DNA from: an uncultured Acidobacteriota bacterium
GTDB lineage: Bacteria; Acidobacteriota; UBA6911
DNA length: 64,000 nt
Reading direction: 5' to 3'
Assembly: GCA_963809485.1 (NCBI GenBank)
Contig: CAWEJX010000020.1
Coordinates: 544,001-608,000, forward strand
In this document: piece after piece, positions 10,434 through 21,820 of the stretch
Layout of the letters: the number at the start of each line of letters is the position of its first letter
Position numbering within the stretch: position 1 is the stretch's first letter
Translations under genes and position numbers: made by a program
The notes under the pieces: generated by a model
Databases searched by the model: none
Told to the model about the DNA's origin: nothing
Seen by the model: only the letters and a program-made list of their open reading frames with translations

Positions 10434-10491
10434 CTAATCCCTAATTCCTAATCACTAATCACTTCTCGTTAACCGCTAACCACTAACCGCT
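10434..10491 (+). repeat. Degenerate CTAAYCN heptamer array, reverse-complement counterpart of 9945-9997
   Basis: CTAATCC CTAATTC CTAATCA CTAATCA CTTCTCG TTAACCG CTAACCA CTAACCG in 7-nt phase. Confidence 0.85.
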
Positions 10492-10492
10492 G

Positions 10493-11947
10493 CTATGGAT
10501 CAGAACCGGCGATTTCCCTGAAACTGATCTGCGACGCAGGAATCAGGCCTATCGCCATTCTAACCGCGTCCCTATTGGCCGTGATCCGGGAACTCCCGCC
10601 TATGGAAAGCCCCGGCACCCCGAAAGAGATTTCCTCGCCGGTACCGGAAAGATTTGCCAGAAATATTGCTCCGGTTATGCCCGGACCCGTTCCAGCAGCA
10701 GACAATCGGCCCGTACCGAGTACCATAATCAGGCCGCAATAACTGAAGGGTCCCGAATAGGACAAATCGCCTGTCACGACAAGCAGTCCTCCGCCGGAAA
10801 AACTGCCGCTAATATTCAGGTTGCCGTTCACCACGATCATCCTGGGATCCTGACCCGGAGCCTGGACCGGTTTGGCCGGATCATAGGCACCGGCATACGG
10901 GGTCATTCCTTCCATCCAGTCCTGGTCTCCGCCGTAAAAGTCATCGGCCATGCGGGGAGCTTTGTTGCGAACGAAATCCCACAGGTAACCCGGATCCAGC
11001 AGAAGACGTTCATCCGGCCCGGACAAAATCCTACCCGTTATGTCCTGAACGGACGGATTCGCCAGACCTCCCCCCGAAATCATCTTCCCTTCCCCCGCCG
11101 CGTCGCGGATAAACTGTTCCGGAAGCACCAAATCCGTCTGATTCGGGTCTATAACCCCAATGCCGGGAAACAGCCCTCCTGAAATTTCGCAGGTTTCCTC
11201 AAAATGTGCATCAATGCTGTTGCCCTCGACAACAAGCGCGGGGCCGAGATCAAAAGTTGAACGACGCCTGAACCGCGCTTCAAAGACAACCGCGGAGTTG
11301 CGTCGAAGAGACGTCTCTGTCATCTCCGATATGGTTCTGGCGATACCGATCGACCGTACAATGACCATTCCGTCACCGTCAAAAAAAGGATTGTCATCGG
11401 GGTCAAGGGCCAACTCGGAGGCTTCCCGGTTGTTATCCGCAACTTTTACAAAATAGCGGGACGTTGTTGTCGTACCTCCGCCATAAGAAGCCGTCTCGCT
11501 CTGGCTTATACCCGTCAAAGGGATCAGAACGGTACCGCTGGTCCCTTCGTAGAAGCCCGTGTTCAGGATGCCGTCATCGGAGAGTTCGGACAGATCACTC
11601 GCGGGATCGGAGATATCGAGAGAAAGGGCCAAAGAAACCGGAAGCGGATTGCGAAAGGCGAAGCTCCTGGCTTCCTCCCAGGATGCGGCGCTGACGGCAT
11701 GAGCGCCGTCCGGCCCCTTCAAAAGATCGTTGAAATCCAGGCCCCGCAGCAACGCACGAGCATGATTTAAACCCGCCAGCGCGGCATAGGTTGCCTTCAG
11801 ACGGCCTTCGTGATTATGGCTGATTTTCAAACCGGTTGTGGCCTCAAGAGTCATGTAAAGCCCGAGGAGCGAAAAGACAGACAGGGCTATCAGCGTTACC
11901 AGCAATGCAATTCCCTTTTCATCGGTGAAAATGCGAGGCTTTGACAT
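10493..11947 (-). CDS. PilX-like type IV pilus minor pilin / assembly protein
   Basis: EKGIALLVTLIAL prepilin-like N-terminus, ATYAALAGL, C-terminal G-rich beta repeats. Confidence 0.7.
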   Translation of the reverse strand: MSKPRIFTDEKGIALLVTLIALSVFSLLGLYMTLEATTGLKISHNHEGRLKATYAALAGLNHARALLRGLDFNDLLKGPDGAHAVSAASWEEARSFAFRNPLPVSLALSLDISDPASDLSELSDDGILNTGFYEGTSGTVLIPLTGISQSETASYGGGTTTTSRYFVKVADNNREASELALDPDDNPFFDGDGMVIVRSIGIARTISEMTETSLRRNSAVVFEARFRRRSTFDLGPALVVEGNSIDAHFEETCEISGGLFPGIGVIDPNQTDLVLPEQFIRDAAGEGKMISGGGLANPSVQDITGRILSGPDERLLLDPGYLWDFVRNKAPRMADDFYGGDQDWMEGMTPYAGAYDPAKPVQAPGQDPRMIVVNGNLNISGSFSGGGLLVVTGDLSYSGPFSYCGLIMVLGTGRLSAAGTGPGITGAIFLANLSGTGEEISFGVPGLSIGGSSRITANRDAVRMAIGLIPASQISFREIAGSDP

Positions 11948-12281
11948 GGGAACCCAATTCACACAACTATTGTTTCGCGATCCCCGAAAATATTTCACAT
12001 TATTTCATCTATCCAATGGATTCCGCGATCTGGATGGAAACTCCGGGGACAGCTCCGGAACCGCTGGTCTGCCGATAAAGGCGCTGGCAAACGCCGACTA
12101 TGGCCGTAAGGTCCCGCAGAATTATTTATTTGCTCCGAAGGGCTTCATTCATTAACAAGGAAATCCCGGATACACAGTACGGATTGCGTGTTTTGGAGAC
12201 TTATGATAAGCATACTGCTTTGACTCCCACATGCCGCGTTCCCGTCAGTGCCCGGAGTCTGGGAAATGGAGATACGCAAAG

Positions 12282-13079
12282 ATGCAGAATTGGCTTAGGA
12301 GGCGCTCTCTCGGATCGGAGTATCCACGCTCGGATCGATGCTTTTTCCCCTCTGGATCCTGCATGGCGTTGACTGCCGCCTCGGCGATTCTCATCCTGGT
12401 GCTTCAATCCGCCTGCATCCTGCCCTGGCGCCACAAGAAGCCCAAAGCCGCGCCTGCTCCTCCGCCGGTTGTGCAGGTGGCGTTTTTGCCCTTCAATGTG
12501 GCTGCTGCCGACAATGAACTGCGCTGGGTGGCCATGGCGGCGCCGGTCATGCTGGCGAAAGTGAGTGAACGTGCCCGGGAAATCGAGGTGATCCCTCTCT
12601 GGCAGGCGATGCCGATTGCCCTGGATGCGGCCGGCGCATCGCGCACGCTGACGGCCGATTCAGGTGCGCAGATTGCAGGCTATCTCTCGGCCAAATGGGC
12701 AACCATTGGAGAGTTCACCCGGACCAAGTATGGGGTATCCATTGTTGGGGATTTCATCCCGGCGCAGCGGACTCAAGTCCCGTTCCGCTTTATTAAAAGA
12801 GGCAGCATGGAAACGGTCGGATCCAACGTACCTGTCGCGATCAGTCAGTTCCTTCGATACGTGGCAGCCAGGCCGCTGTTGCCGGAAGTACACAAGACAC
12901 CGGATTTCCTGTCCTTGCGAACCCTGGCGGAAGCGCTTGACCGCGAATATGGCTGGTTCGTGGAAGCCCAGCCGGGGAAAGCGGATGAAATTGTATCGGA
13001 GTTGGCAAATTCGGATGAGCGGCTTGCCCGCCTGCTCTTCAGCCCGACCCTTTATCCTGCATTAGCCAAAACAAAATGA
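12282..13079 (+). CDS. Hypothetical lipoprotein (start uncertain, 12282 or 12363)
   Basis: Hydrophobic stretch ending LQSAC lipobox-like; VAFLPF motif. Confidence 0.6.
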   Translation: MQNWLRRRSLGSEYPRSDRCFFPSGSCMALTAASAILILVLQSACILPWRHKKPKAAPAPPPVVQVAFLPFNVAAADNELRWVAMAAPVMLAKVSERAREIEVIPLWQAMPIALDAAGASRTLTADSGAQIAGYLSAKWATIGEFTRTKYGVSIVGDFIPAQRTQVPFRFIKRGSMETVGSNVPVAISQFLRYVAARPLLPEVHKTPDFLSLRTLAEALDREYGWFVEAQPGKADEIVSELANSDERLARLLFSPTLYPALAKTK

Positions 13080-13314
13080 CGAATTACGAATGACGAATTA
13101 CGAATGAAACCACACTGTTGCGGAAGTGGCATGTCTCAGGCCATCAAGATTCAAGACGTTTATAGAATTCCCCCGAGTTAATCCCGTCACTCGTTTTATC
13201 CAGAATCACGAGTAAAATGCGCGAGAAGGGAAAGCGCCGCCTCCCAGCTCTTCCCTAAATCCCATCAATTAGGTCTGTTGTAATTCGTCAATCGTCATTC
13301 GTAATTCGTAATTA
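13075..13314. repeat. Inverted pair of (AATKACG)n heptamer arrays with spacer
   Basis: AATGACG AATTACG.. at 13075-13106 and reverse-complement array at 13281-13314; both overlap stop codons of convergent genes. Confidence 0.85.
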
Positions 13315-13638
13315 CATTTCGACCCATTTTCCATGGCCTTCCCAAATGCGTAGAGTGAACGGGAAAGGTATGTGGTCTGCCAGTTTCCGCTTTATGGCCT
13401 CGCAGATGTTTTCAACCGAAGGATATTCGAGAAGGTCGTTCAGGGTTTTATGGTCGAAATAGCTCAAACCTTCCCTGATGTTTTTTTTGAGTATGGCGAA
13501 ATCCATGAGCATGCCTGACTTCTTCTCACCCTCGATCACGACCTCGATCTTGTAGGTATGTCCGTGAAGGGACCCGCACTTGTCATGCCCCGGCAGGAAA
13601 TGGGCACAGTCGATATAATCAATAACTCCCAATTTCAT
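13312..13638 (-). CDS. queD: 6-carboxytetrahydropterin synthase
   Basis: CAHFLPGHDKCGSLHGHTY, FDHKTLN, PSVENI. Confidence 0.9.
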   Translation of the reverse strand: MKLGVIDYIDCAHFLPGHDKCGSLHGHTYKIEVVIEGEKKSGMLMDFAILKKNIREGLSYFDHKTLNDLLEYPSVENICEAIKRKLADHIPFPFTLRIWEGHGKWVEM

Positions 13639-13731
13639 AGTATGCTCCCCAGGATAATCGCAATATTTGATTCTATCATGTTAAAGCGTGGAACGTTGAA
13701 ACGTTGAACGTTCAACGCTCCACGGCGGTTA

Positions 13732-13760
13732 TTGACAGAGTCTGGCGGCTTTGCTAAATT
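13732..13760 (+). promoter_or_regulatory. sigma70 promoter for tRNA-Leu-tig-clp operon
   Basis: TTGACA-N17-TAAATT with extended TG. Confidence 0.7.
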
Positions 13761-13860
13761 GCCTGTTTGATTCAGTTTGATTGCAGGCTCGCCATTGTTT
13801 TTGCCTCGCCGGCTGCGGTTAATGCCAGACACCCGGAAGCAGGATCCAAATAGGAAGACT

Positions 13861-13945
13861 GCGAAAGTGGCGGAATTGGCAGACGCGCTGGACTTAGGAT
13901 CCAGTCCCGCAAGGGGTGGGGGTTCAACTCCCCCCTTTCGCACCA
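13861..13945 (+). tRNA. tRNA-Leu(TAG)
   Basis: GCGAAAG/CTTTCGC acceptor, CTGGA-CTTAGGA-TCCAG anticodon arm, long variable arm, GGTTCAA T-loop, encoded CCA. Confidence 0.97.
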
Positions 13946-13950
13946 GACGC

Positions 13951-14088
13951 AATTACGAAATACGAATGACGAATGACGAATACAAACATACACTTCAGGC
14001 GACTGAAATAGACGGCGGAATCGACAGCAGGCGACCCCACGGCACTTTATTTTTAAATTCGGCATTCGTAATTCGTCTTTCGTCATTT
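13951..14088. repeat. Inverted pair of (AATKACG)n heptamer arrays between tRNA-Leu and tig
   Basis: AATTACG AAATACG AATGACG AATGACG ... ATTCGGC ATTCGTA ATTCGTC TTTCGTC ATT. Confidence 0.85.
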
Positions 14089-14101
14089 TACAGGACAGGC
14101 G

Positions 14102-15379
14102 GTGAATAACTTGACAGTCGAAATCGTTGAAGTCAGCAGCTGCAAGAGAGATCTGGCGGTAGAAGTGACCGCGGAAGAATTCGAGCGGGAAATTGATGAG
14201 CTCGCGCGGGAATACTCCCGCAACCTCCGAGTTCCCGGATTCAGACCGGGCAAGGTGCCCCTGAACATCATCCGTCATCGATACGGTGGCGATCTGCAGA
14301 AGGAAGCCACTCAGAAAATTATTGAGCGGTCGTGGAAAAGTGCCATCGAGGAGCATAAGCTTCGCCCCCTGGCACAGCCTTCGGTAAAGGAACTGGACAA
14401 TACGTCTGGAAGCCCCCTGAAGTTCAAAATGAGCTTCGAGGTTCTTCCTGAACTGGAAGTAAAAGATTACAAGGGAGTTGCTGTTACATTGCCCGTGGCC
14501 CAGGTTACCGACGAGAATGTGGATCAGGAACTGGACAGGCTGCGCGAACAGCATGCCCAGTTTGTCCCGGTGGATGGCGCTGAAGCTCGTGACGGCCATT
14601 ACCTGACGGTAACAGTCGATGGGCAGTTCGAGGGAGAAACCAAGACAAATCATGAGGATGACGTAACGCTCGTCATTGGAAACCCTCAGACGAATGCCGA
14701 GTTTTCAGAGCGCCTGCGCGGCGCAAAGGCAGGGGAAACCAGGGTTTTCGAGGTTACCTACCCGGAGGACTCTCACAGGAAGCGTTTTGCGGGCAAAAAA
14801 GTCCAGTATGCGGTTCTTGTCAAGGACATCAAGGAAAAGCAACTGGCCGAGCTAAATGATGATTTTGCTAAAGATATTGGCTCGGAAAGCCTCGAAGCGC
14901 TCCGGGTCAAGGTGCGCGACGAATTGGTAACGCAAGCCCGGCAAAATGCCGAAAAGAAGGCGAGGGAAGAGTTGCTGGATTCAATCATACAGCGTCACTC
15001 TCTGGAAGTTCCGGAATGCTTGATCCAGGACGAGTTGGAGGCGCAGGCTCAAAGGATTGCCCGCAACCTTGCCTACCAGGGGATCGATATCAACAAGACC
15101 GCCATCGACTGGAAGAAGGTGTTCGAAGAGGAGCGACCTCGCGCCGAACAGTCTGTCCGCCGGTCGATCATCCTGGATGCGATTGCGCGTCAGGAAGAGA
15201 TAGAGATGACCAAGGAAGAAGTCGATGCGGAGTTTGAGAAGCTGGCAGAGGGGACCAGCAAATCGGCTGCAGCCTGGCGGGCTCAACTCGAAAAAGAGGA
15301 ACGGATTCAGGGTTTTGAGCAGCATCTGCGCCAGAACAAGGCGCTTGATTTCATCTATCGCAATGCTAATATAACCTAG
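14102..15379 (+). CDS. tig: Trigger factor
   Basis: VPGFRPGKVP motif; context. Confidence 0.96.
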   Translation: MNNLTVEIVEVSSCKRDLAVEVTAEEFEREIDELAREYSRNLRVPGFRPGKVPLNIIRHRYGGDLQKEATQKIIERSWKSAIEEHKLRPLAQPSVKELDNTSGSPLKFKMSFEVLPELEVKDYKGVAVTLPVAQVTDENVDQELDRLREQHAQFVPVDGAEARDGHYLTVTVDGQFEGETKTNHEDDVTLVIGNPQTNAEFSERLRGAKAGETRVFEVTYPEDSHRKRFAGKKVQYAVLVKDIKEKQLAELNDDFAKDIGSESLEALRVKVRDELVTQARQNAEKKAREELLDSIIQRHSLEVPECLIQDELEAQAQRIARNLAYQGIDINKTAIDWKKVFEEERPRAEQSVRRSIILDAIARQEEIEMTKEEVDAEFEKLAEGTSKSAAAWRAQLEKEERIQGFEQHLRQNKALDFIYRNANIT

Positions 15380-15391
15380 GGGTGACAAGGA

Positions 15392-15979
15392 TTGGCACTT
15401 ATACCGATGGTGGTCGAGCAGACCAACAGAGGCGAGCGCGCCTATGACATCTACTCTCGCCTCCTGAAGGATAATATTATCTTTTTGGGAACTCCGATCG
15501 ACGACAACGTGGCAAACGTCGTAACAGCCCAACTGCTTTTCCTGGAAGCCGAGGATCCGGAAAAGGACATCCATCTCTACATTAATTCGCCGGGCGGATC
15601 CATTTCAGCGGGCATGGCTATCTATGACACCATGCAGTACATCCGCCCGAACGTGTCGACCATCTGCATCGGTCAGGCTGCCAGCATGGGAGCCTTGCTG
15701 CTTGCCGCCGGCACTCCGGGAAAACGTTTTGCCCTTCCAAACTCAAGAATCCTGATCCATCAACCGTCTATGAGCGGCCTGGCGGGCCAGGCGACGGATA
15801 TCGACATCCATGCGAAGGAGATACTCAGGCTTCGGGAGTCGATGAATCAGATTCTTGCCAAGCATACCGGCCAAAACCTCGACCGGATCGAAAAGGACGT
15901 TGAGCGGGACTATATCATGAATGCCAGCCAAGCCAAGAACTATGGCATCGTGGACCTGGTTATCTCAAGAAAAGAGTAG
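15392..15979 (+). CDS. clpP: ATP-dependent Clp protease proteolytic subunit
   Basis: [27 protein letters not shown]. Confidence 0.98.
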   Translation: MALIPMVVEQTNRGERAYDIYSRLLKDNIIFLGTPIDDNVANVVTAQLLFLEAEDPEKDIHLYINSPGGSISAGMAIYDTMQYIRPNVSTICIGQAASMGALLLAAGTPGKRFALPNSRILIHQPSMSGLAGQATDIDIHAKEILRLRESMNQILAKHTGQNLDRIEKDVERDYIMNASQAKNYGIVDLVISRKE

Positions 15980-16009
15980 GGTAGCCTACCTGTACTCCGG
16001 AGGACTCCT

Positions 16010-17260
16010 TTGAGAAAAGACGACGAGAGAGATGATGTCCTAAGATGTTCGTTCTGCTCTAAGAGCCAGAACGACGTCAAAAAGCTCATTGCCGGACCCA
16101 CCGTCTACATTTGCGACGAGTGCGTCGATGTCTGCAACGAGATCATTGCTGACGACGTGGTAACCTCTCCCATCGGCGAAAAGCTTCCCAAACCTCAGGA
16201 GATCAAGGAGTTTCTCGACCTGTATGTCATCGGGCAAGAGACGACCAAGAAAAAGCTGGCTGTAGCGGTCTACAACCACTATAAACGCCTGGAAATTTCC
16301 AAGAAACGCGGCGATCTCGAACTGCAGAAAAGCAATGTGCTTCTCATAGGCCCGACAGGTACGGGGAAAACTCTTCTGGCTCAGACGCTGGCAAAAATGC
16401 TGTCGGTTCCGTTTGCGATAGTGGATGCCACCACGCTGACCGAAGCGGGTTACGTAGGCGAGGATGTGGAAAACATCATTCTCAAACTGCTTCAGAATGC
16501 CGGCGGCGACAAAGAAAAATGCCAGCAGGGGATCGTTTACATCGACGAGATCGACAAGATAGCCCGGAAGGACGAGAATCCCTCCATAACGCGCGACGTA
16601 TCGGGTGAAGGAGTGCAGCAGGCCCTGCTTAAGATACTGGAAGGGACGGTCGCCAACGTACCGCCCCAGGGGGGCCGGAAGCACCCTCATCAGGAATTCA
16701 TACAGATCGATACCACCAATATCCTGTTCCTATGCGGCGGCGCCTTCGTCGGCCTTGAAAAAGTCATCGAGCGCCGCATCGGCAAAAAGAGCATGGGCTT
16801 CCTGATCAACGAGAAGCCCTCCAAAGTGCTGAAGAATCCGAAGAAGGATATGCCTGCCAACATCCTGGAAGCCTGTGAGCCCAGAGATCTGATCAAATAC
16901 GGCCTGATACCGGAGTTCGTCGGCAGGCTGCCCGTCATCGGTTCGCTCTCGGAACTGGATCACGCGGCGCTGATAGAAATCCTCACCAAGCCGAAAAATG
17001 CTCTTGTGCGCCAATACCAGAAACTTTTTGAATTTGAAAACGTCAAACTTAAGTTCACCGATGATGCGGTCGGTGTCGTGGCCAGCCTTGCTTTGGAGCG
17101 CAAGATGGGGGCTCGAGGTTTGAAAATCATCCTCGAGGATCTTATGTTGGATGTGATGTATCAACTGCCATCGCAGAAGAAGATTAAAGAATTTATGGTT
17201 ACGCGCGAAATGGTCGAGAATAAAGACATCGCTTTCGCGCTATTGGAAAAGGCCGGTTAA
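16010..17260 (+). CDS. clpX: ATP-dependent Clp protease ATP-binding subunit ClpX
   Basis: CSFC..ICDEC zinc finger, [11 protein letters not shown] loop. Confidence 0.98.
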   Translation: MRKDDERDDVLRCSFCSKSQNDVKKLIAGPTVYICDECVDVCNEIIADDVVTSPIGEKLPKPQEIKEFLDLYVIGQETTKKKLAVAVYNHYKRLEISKKRGDLELQKSNVLLIGPTGTGKTLLAQTLAKMLSVPFAIVDATTLTEAGYVGEDVENIILKLLQNAGGDKEKCQQGIVYIDEIDKIARKDENPSITRDVSGEGVQQALLKILEGTVANVPPQGGRKHPHQEFIQIDTTNILFLCGGAFVGLEKVIERRIGKKSMGFLINEKPSKVLKNPKKDMPANILEACEPRDLIKYGLIPEFVGRLPVIGSLSELDHAALIEILTKPKNALVRQYQKLFEFENVKLKFTDDAVGVVASLALERKMGARGLKIILEDLMLDVMYQLPSQKKIKEFMVTREMVENKDIAFALLEKAG

Positions 17261-17268
17261 CTTTAAGA

Positions 17269-19665
17269 ATGACAAACGAAATTGTGCAGAAAAAAACTGA
17301 ACGTCTTCCCATGATTCCCATACGGGATGTGGTGGTCTTCCCCCACATGATGATCCCGTTTGTGATCGGGCGGCCCACCTCAGTGCGGGCCCTGGAATTC
17401 GCCCTCGAGGGTTCCAAGAGGGTTTTCCTGGCCACGCAGATGGACGCGTCGATCGACGAGCCCAAGGCTTCGGACATCTACGCGGTGGGAACCGCGGCGA
17501 ATATCGTCCAAAGCGTCAAGCTATCCGATGGAAACATCAAGGTCCTGGTCGAAGGCGTCCAGAGGGTCCGGGCAATCCGCTATTCGAATGAGCCGGGTTT
17601 CTTCGTTGCGGACGTCGAATTGCTCGAAGACACATCGGCTTTGAGCGCGCGCACAAACCTCCTGATCAAGCGGCTGCAGACGGTTTTTGAGCAGTTTTCG
17701 AAGCTCAGCCATCACGTGAATTACGACGCGATACTGAATGCCATGAAGACGCTGGAACCCTCCAAGCTGGCGGACAATATCTGCGCGAACCTCCCGATCA
17801 GCATTGAGGAAAAGCAGCAGCTTCTGGAAACGGTCGATCTCTCCGAAAGGATCGAGAAGATCAACGAGATCATCGAGATCGAGATGGAGAAGATCAAGGT
17901 CGACCGCAACATCCAGGGGCGCGTCAAACGCCAGATGGAGAGGGCCCAAAAGGAATACTACCTCAACGAAAAGATGAAGGCGATCCAGAAGGAACTGGGA
18001 CGCAAGGACGAAAAGACCGAGCTGGACGACCTGAAAAAGCAGGTTGAAGCCGCAAAGATGCCGAAGGATGCGCACGAAAAGGCGACGAAGGAGATTCAGC
18101 GCCTCGAAATGATGCCGCCGATGTCGGCGGAATCCATCGTCTCCCGGACCTATCTCGATTGGCTTCTGGCGATGCCCTGGAACAAGAAGACGCGGGAGAT
18201 ACGCGACATCAACTGGTCCAAGAAGGTGCTCGAGGAAGACCACTACGGTCTGGAAAAAATCAAGGACCGCATCCTTGAATTCCTGGCGGTACGCAGCCTG
18301 GTCAAAAAACCGCAGGGCACCATCCTCTGCTTCGTGGGGCCTCCAGGAGTCGGCAAAACATCCCTGGGAAAATCCATAGCGCGGGCTACCGGCCGGAAAT
18401 TTATACGGCTCTCTCTCGGCGGAGTCCGGGATGAAGCGGAAATCCGAGGACATCGCAGGACCTATATAGGAGCGCTTCCCGGCCAGATTATCCAGTACAT
18501 GAAAAAGGCGGGAGCACGCAATCCTGTATTCATGCTCGATGAGGTGGATAAAATGAGCATGGATTTCCGCGGCGATCCCTCGGCAGCTCTGCTCGAAGTG
18601 CTCGATCCCGAGCAGAACCACATGTTTGTGGATCACTATCTCGACACCGAATTCGACCTGTCGATGGTGATGTTCATCGCGACCGCGAATGTCCTGTACA
18701 CCATCCCCAGGGCTCTCCAGGACCGCATGGAAGTCATCCAGCTTTCCGGCTATACCGAGAACGAAAAACTCGAAATTGCCAAGCGGTTCCTGGTCAAGAA
18801 GCAGGTGGTAGCCAACGGGCTCAAACCGAAGCAAATTCAGTTCACGGACGAGGCCCTGCTGGAGATCACCCGCAAGTACACCCGTGAATCCGGGGTTCGC
18901 AATCTTGAGCGGGAAATAGCCAATGTCTGCAGGAAAACAGCCAAAAAGATCGTAACCTCCGAATTCAAGAGCGACTCGATCACTCCCGAAGTGATAGAAA
19001 AATTGCTGGGCCGGCCCAAATTCAGGATGCAGGGGATCAGCGAAGAAAACAATCAAATCGGCCTGACGACGGGTTTGGCCTGGACGGAAGTGGGCGGGGA
19101 AGTCCTGCAGACGGAAGCCACACTGATGGAAGGCAAAGGCCAATTGACACTCACCGGAAAACTGGGCGAAGTCATGCAGGAATCGGCGCGTGCGGCGTTA
19201 TCCTTTGTACGGACACGCGCGGCCGAATTCGGCATTGGCCGGGAATTTCATCGGAAAATGGACATACATATCCATATCCCGGAGGGAGCTATTCCCAAAG
19301 ACGGGCCTTCGGCGGGAATCACCATGGCTACCACAATCGTTTCCGCACTGACAAAAATACCCGTGCGCAGAGACGTGGCGATGACGGGTGAGATTACCCT
19401 GCGTGGTAAGGTTCTCCCTATTGGCGGAGTCAAAGAAAAACTGCTGGCGGCTCACCGCGCTGGAATCAAGAATGTCATCCTTCCAAAGGAGAACGAGAAG
19501 GACCTCCAGGACCTCCCGCCGGAAATTCTGGAATCCCTCAGCGTTAGTCTTGTGGAAACCATGGATGAGGTCCTGCAGATAGCATTGGAAAGACAGCCTG
19601 TCCCGAGGCCCGTGTCTCCGATTGATCTCGAGGGATCCCGTCCGAACGAGAGTGTCGCGCACTGA
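17269..19665 (+). CDS. lon: Lon protease
   Basis: [24 protein letters not shown]. Confidence 0.98.
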   Translation: MTNEIVQKKTERLPMIPIRDVVVFPHMMIPFVIGRPTSVRALEFALEGSKRVFLATQMDASIDEPKASDIYAVGTAANIVQSVKLSDGNIKVLVEGVQRVRAIRYSNEPGFFVADVELLEDTSALSARTNLLIKRLQTVFEQFSKLSHHVNYDAILNAMKTLEPSKLADNICANLPISIEEKQQLLETVDLSERIEKINEIIEIEMEKIKVDRNIQGRVKRQMERAQKEYYLNEKMKAIQKELGRKDEKTELDDLKKQVEAAKMPKDAHEKATKEIQRLEMMPPMSAESIVSRTYLDWLLAMPWNKKTREIRDINWSKKVLEEDHYGLEKIKDRILEFLAVRSLVKKPQGTILCFVGPPGVGKTSLGKSIARATGRKFIRLSLGGVRDEAEIRGHRRTYIGALPGQIIQYMKKAGARNPVFMLDEVDKMSMDFRGDPSAALLEVLDPEQNHMFVDHYLDTEFDLSMVMFIATANVLYTIPRALQDRMEVIQLSGYTENEKLEIAKRFLVKKQVVANGLKPKQIQFTDEALLEITRKYTRESGVRNLEREIANVCRKTAKKIVTSEFKSDSITPEVIEKLLGRPKFRMQGISEENNQIGLTTGLAWTEVGGEVLQTEATLMEGKGQLTLTGKLGEVMQESARAALSFVRTRAAEFGIGREFHRKMDIHIHIPEGAIPKDGPSAGITMATTIVSALTKIPVRRDVAMTGEITLRGKVLPIGGVKEKLLAAHRAGIKNVILPKENEKDLQDLPPEILESLSVSLVETMDEVLQIALERQPVPRPVSPIDLEGSRPNESVAH

Positions 19666-19685
19666 AGCCAAACCGCAAAACCCCG

Positions 19686-20261
19686 GTGATCCAAGCTGAA
19701 TTTATCATGAGCGCCGTTTCCGGCAGCAATTTCCCTCGAGAGGGGATTCCCGAGATCGTGTTTGCGGGGCGGTCCAACGTCGGAAAGTCGAGCCTGATCA
19801 ACCGGCTGGTCGGCAATGAGAAGCTTGCCCGTACCAGTTCCACACCGGGCAAGACTCAGAGCATAAATTTTTACCGGATCAACCGGTCTTTCATGTTTGT
19901 TGATTTGCCGGGTTATGGATATGCGAAAGCGCCAAAGGCGGAGATCCGGCAGTGGAAGCAGCTTGTCGATCGGTATTTTGAGGAACGGCCGGCAGTTGTC
20001 CTGGCCGTTCAGCTTGTCGATGCAAGAATGCCGCCTACGAGGCTGGATCTGCAGCTTTCCGGATGGATTGAGAGGCTGGAAATACCTCGCATGATCGTTG
20101 CTACAAAATCCGACAAACTGTCCGGCAACCAGAAAGCCATACAGATGCGCCTCATCTCCGGTTCGCTGAGCGGACAGCCGGTAACTATGTCTTCGGCCAA
20201 AACCGGGGCTGGCTGCAGAGAGATATGGGAACGGGTGCTGAAGGCGGCTGCGGTGGGTTGA
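19686..20261 (+). CDS. engB: Ribosome biogenesis GTPase YihA/EngB
   Basis: GRSNVGKSSLIN, DLPGYGY, TKSDK. Confidence 0.96.
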   Translation: MIQAEFIMSAVSGSNFPREGIPEIVFAGRSNVGKSSLINRLVGNEKLARTSSTPGKTQSINFYRINRSFMFVDLPGYGYAKAPKAEIRQWKQLVDRYFEERPAVVLAVQLVDARMPPTRLDLQLSGWIERLEIPRMIVATKSDKLSGNQKAIQMRLISGSLSGQPVTMSSAKTGAGCREIWERVLKAAAVG

Positions 20262-20486
20262 CCCCGAATGAGGGATGAATGAAAGGTGCCCGGGAAAAGC
20301 CGCGGATGCCATAAAAAGAATACACAAATTATGCCATGTTCCGGCAAAAGAGAACTCTGAACGTGCAGCTCCTTTTTCAAACCAGCAAAGGTGATTTACT
20401 TCCGGTTTTTGGCGCAGGCAACCTCTGTTTGAAATTTGGAATAGCGTTTTAACCTACCTTTATACTCCCCCTGGAGAGAATCATTC

Positions 20487-21788
20487 ATGCCTGAAACGAC
20501 GCAACGTCGCAATTCCAACGGCCGCGAAAACGGCCATCTGAACATTCTTGAACTCAAGGAGATGAATATCTCCGCCCTGACGCAGGTTGCCAAGGATTTA
20601 AATGTCCCGGGCTACACGGGAATGCGCAAACAGGAGCTGATATTTCAAATCCTGAGGGCGCAGACCGAGCAAAGCGGCCTGATCTTTTCCGAAGGGGTTC
20701 TGGAGTGCCTGCCCGAAGGCTTCGGTTTCCTCAGGGCGCCCGACTACAACTATCTGCCGGGGCCGGATGACATCTATGTCTCCCCGTCGCAGATCCGCAA
20801 GTTCGACCTGAGAACCGGGGATACCGTCTCGGGGCAGATTCGCCCGCCCAAGGACGGAGAACGGTACTTTGCACTGATCAAGGTCGAGGCGGTGAATTTC
20901 GAGCACCCGGATGCGGCCAAGGACAAGATCTTCTTCGACAACCTGACGCCCCTCTACCCCCATGAGCACCTGAAACTGGAGACGGTGCCGGACAACCTTT
21001 CCGGAAGAGTGATGGATATGCTCGCGCCCATTGGCAAAGGGCAGCGCGGCCTGATCGTATCTCCGCCCAGGACGGGGAAGACGATGCTGCTGCAGTCGAT
21101 CGCCAACTCCATCTCCAAAAATCATCCGGAGGTCGTTCTCATTGTCCTGTTGATCGACGAGCGCCCTGAAGAAGTGACCGACATGCAGCGCTCCGTCAAA
21201 GGCGAAGTGATCAGTTCCACTTTCGACGAGCCCGCCTCGCGTCACGTTCAGGTTGCCGAGATGGTGCTGGAAAAGGCGAAGAGGTTCGTGGAGCACAAGC
21301 GGGATGTCGTGATACTGCTGGACAGCATTACACGCCTGGCCCGCGCCTACAATACGATCGTGCCCCCGAGCGGCAAGGTCCTCTCCGGCGGTGTCGACAG
21401 CAATGCGCTGCAGAGGCCGAAGCGCTTTTTCGGAGCCGCCCGAAACATCGAGGAGGGCGGAAGCCTGACCATCATCGCGACGGCGCTGATCGACACCGGC
21501 AGCCGGATGGATGATGTCATTTTCGAAGAGTTCAAAGGCACCGGCAATATGGAGCTTCACCTGGACCGCAAACTGGTCGACCGGCGCGTCTTCCCCGCGA
21601 TTGATATCAACAAGTCCGGGACGCGCAAAGAAGAATTGCTCATTCCGCAGGCCGATCTGAACCGCATATGGGTATTGCGAAAGGTGCTGACGCCGCTGTC
21701 CATCACCGAAAGCATGGAACTGCTGCTTGACAAGCTCTCCAAGGCAAGAACCAACGGCGATTTCCTCGGTTCCCTGTCCGGAGGATAA
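20487..21788 (+). CDS. rho: Transcription termination factor Rho
   Basis: [38 protein letters not shown]. Confidence 0.98.
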   Translation: MPETTQRRNSNGRENGHLNILELKEMNISALTQVAKDLNVPGYTGMRKQELIFQILRAQTEQSGLIFSEGVLECLPEGFGFLRAPDYNYLPGPDDIYVSPSQIRKFDLRTGDTVSGQIRPPKDGERYFALIKVEAVNFEHPDAAKDKIFFDNLTPLYPHEHLKLETVPDNLSGRVMDMLAPIGKGQRGLIVSPPRTGKTMLLQSIANSISKNHPEVVLIVLLIDERPEEVTDMQRSVKGEVISSTFDEPASRHVQVAEMVLEKAKRFVEHKRDVVILLDSITRLARAYNTIVPPSGKVLSGGVDSNALQRPKRFFGAARNIEEGGSLTIIATALIDTGSRMDDVIFEEFKGTGNMELHLDRKLVDRRVFPAIDINKSGTRKEELLIPQADLNRIWVLRKVLTPLSITESMELLLDKLSKARTNGDFLGSLSGG

Positions 21789-21820
21789 GAAAGCCGCAGA
21801 TTTCGTCGATGTCAACTTCG

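Noticed and set aside
13861-14100. tRNA-Leu as integration site of a prophage or island
   Set aside because: No integrase and no duplicated tRNA 3' end seen; followed by canonical tig-clpP-clpX
17521-19143. Long antisense ORFs opposite lon (also opposite rho, trpB, aor, the FAD genes, RACo)
   Set aside because: Shadow frames expected at high GC opposite well-supported genes
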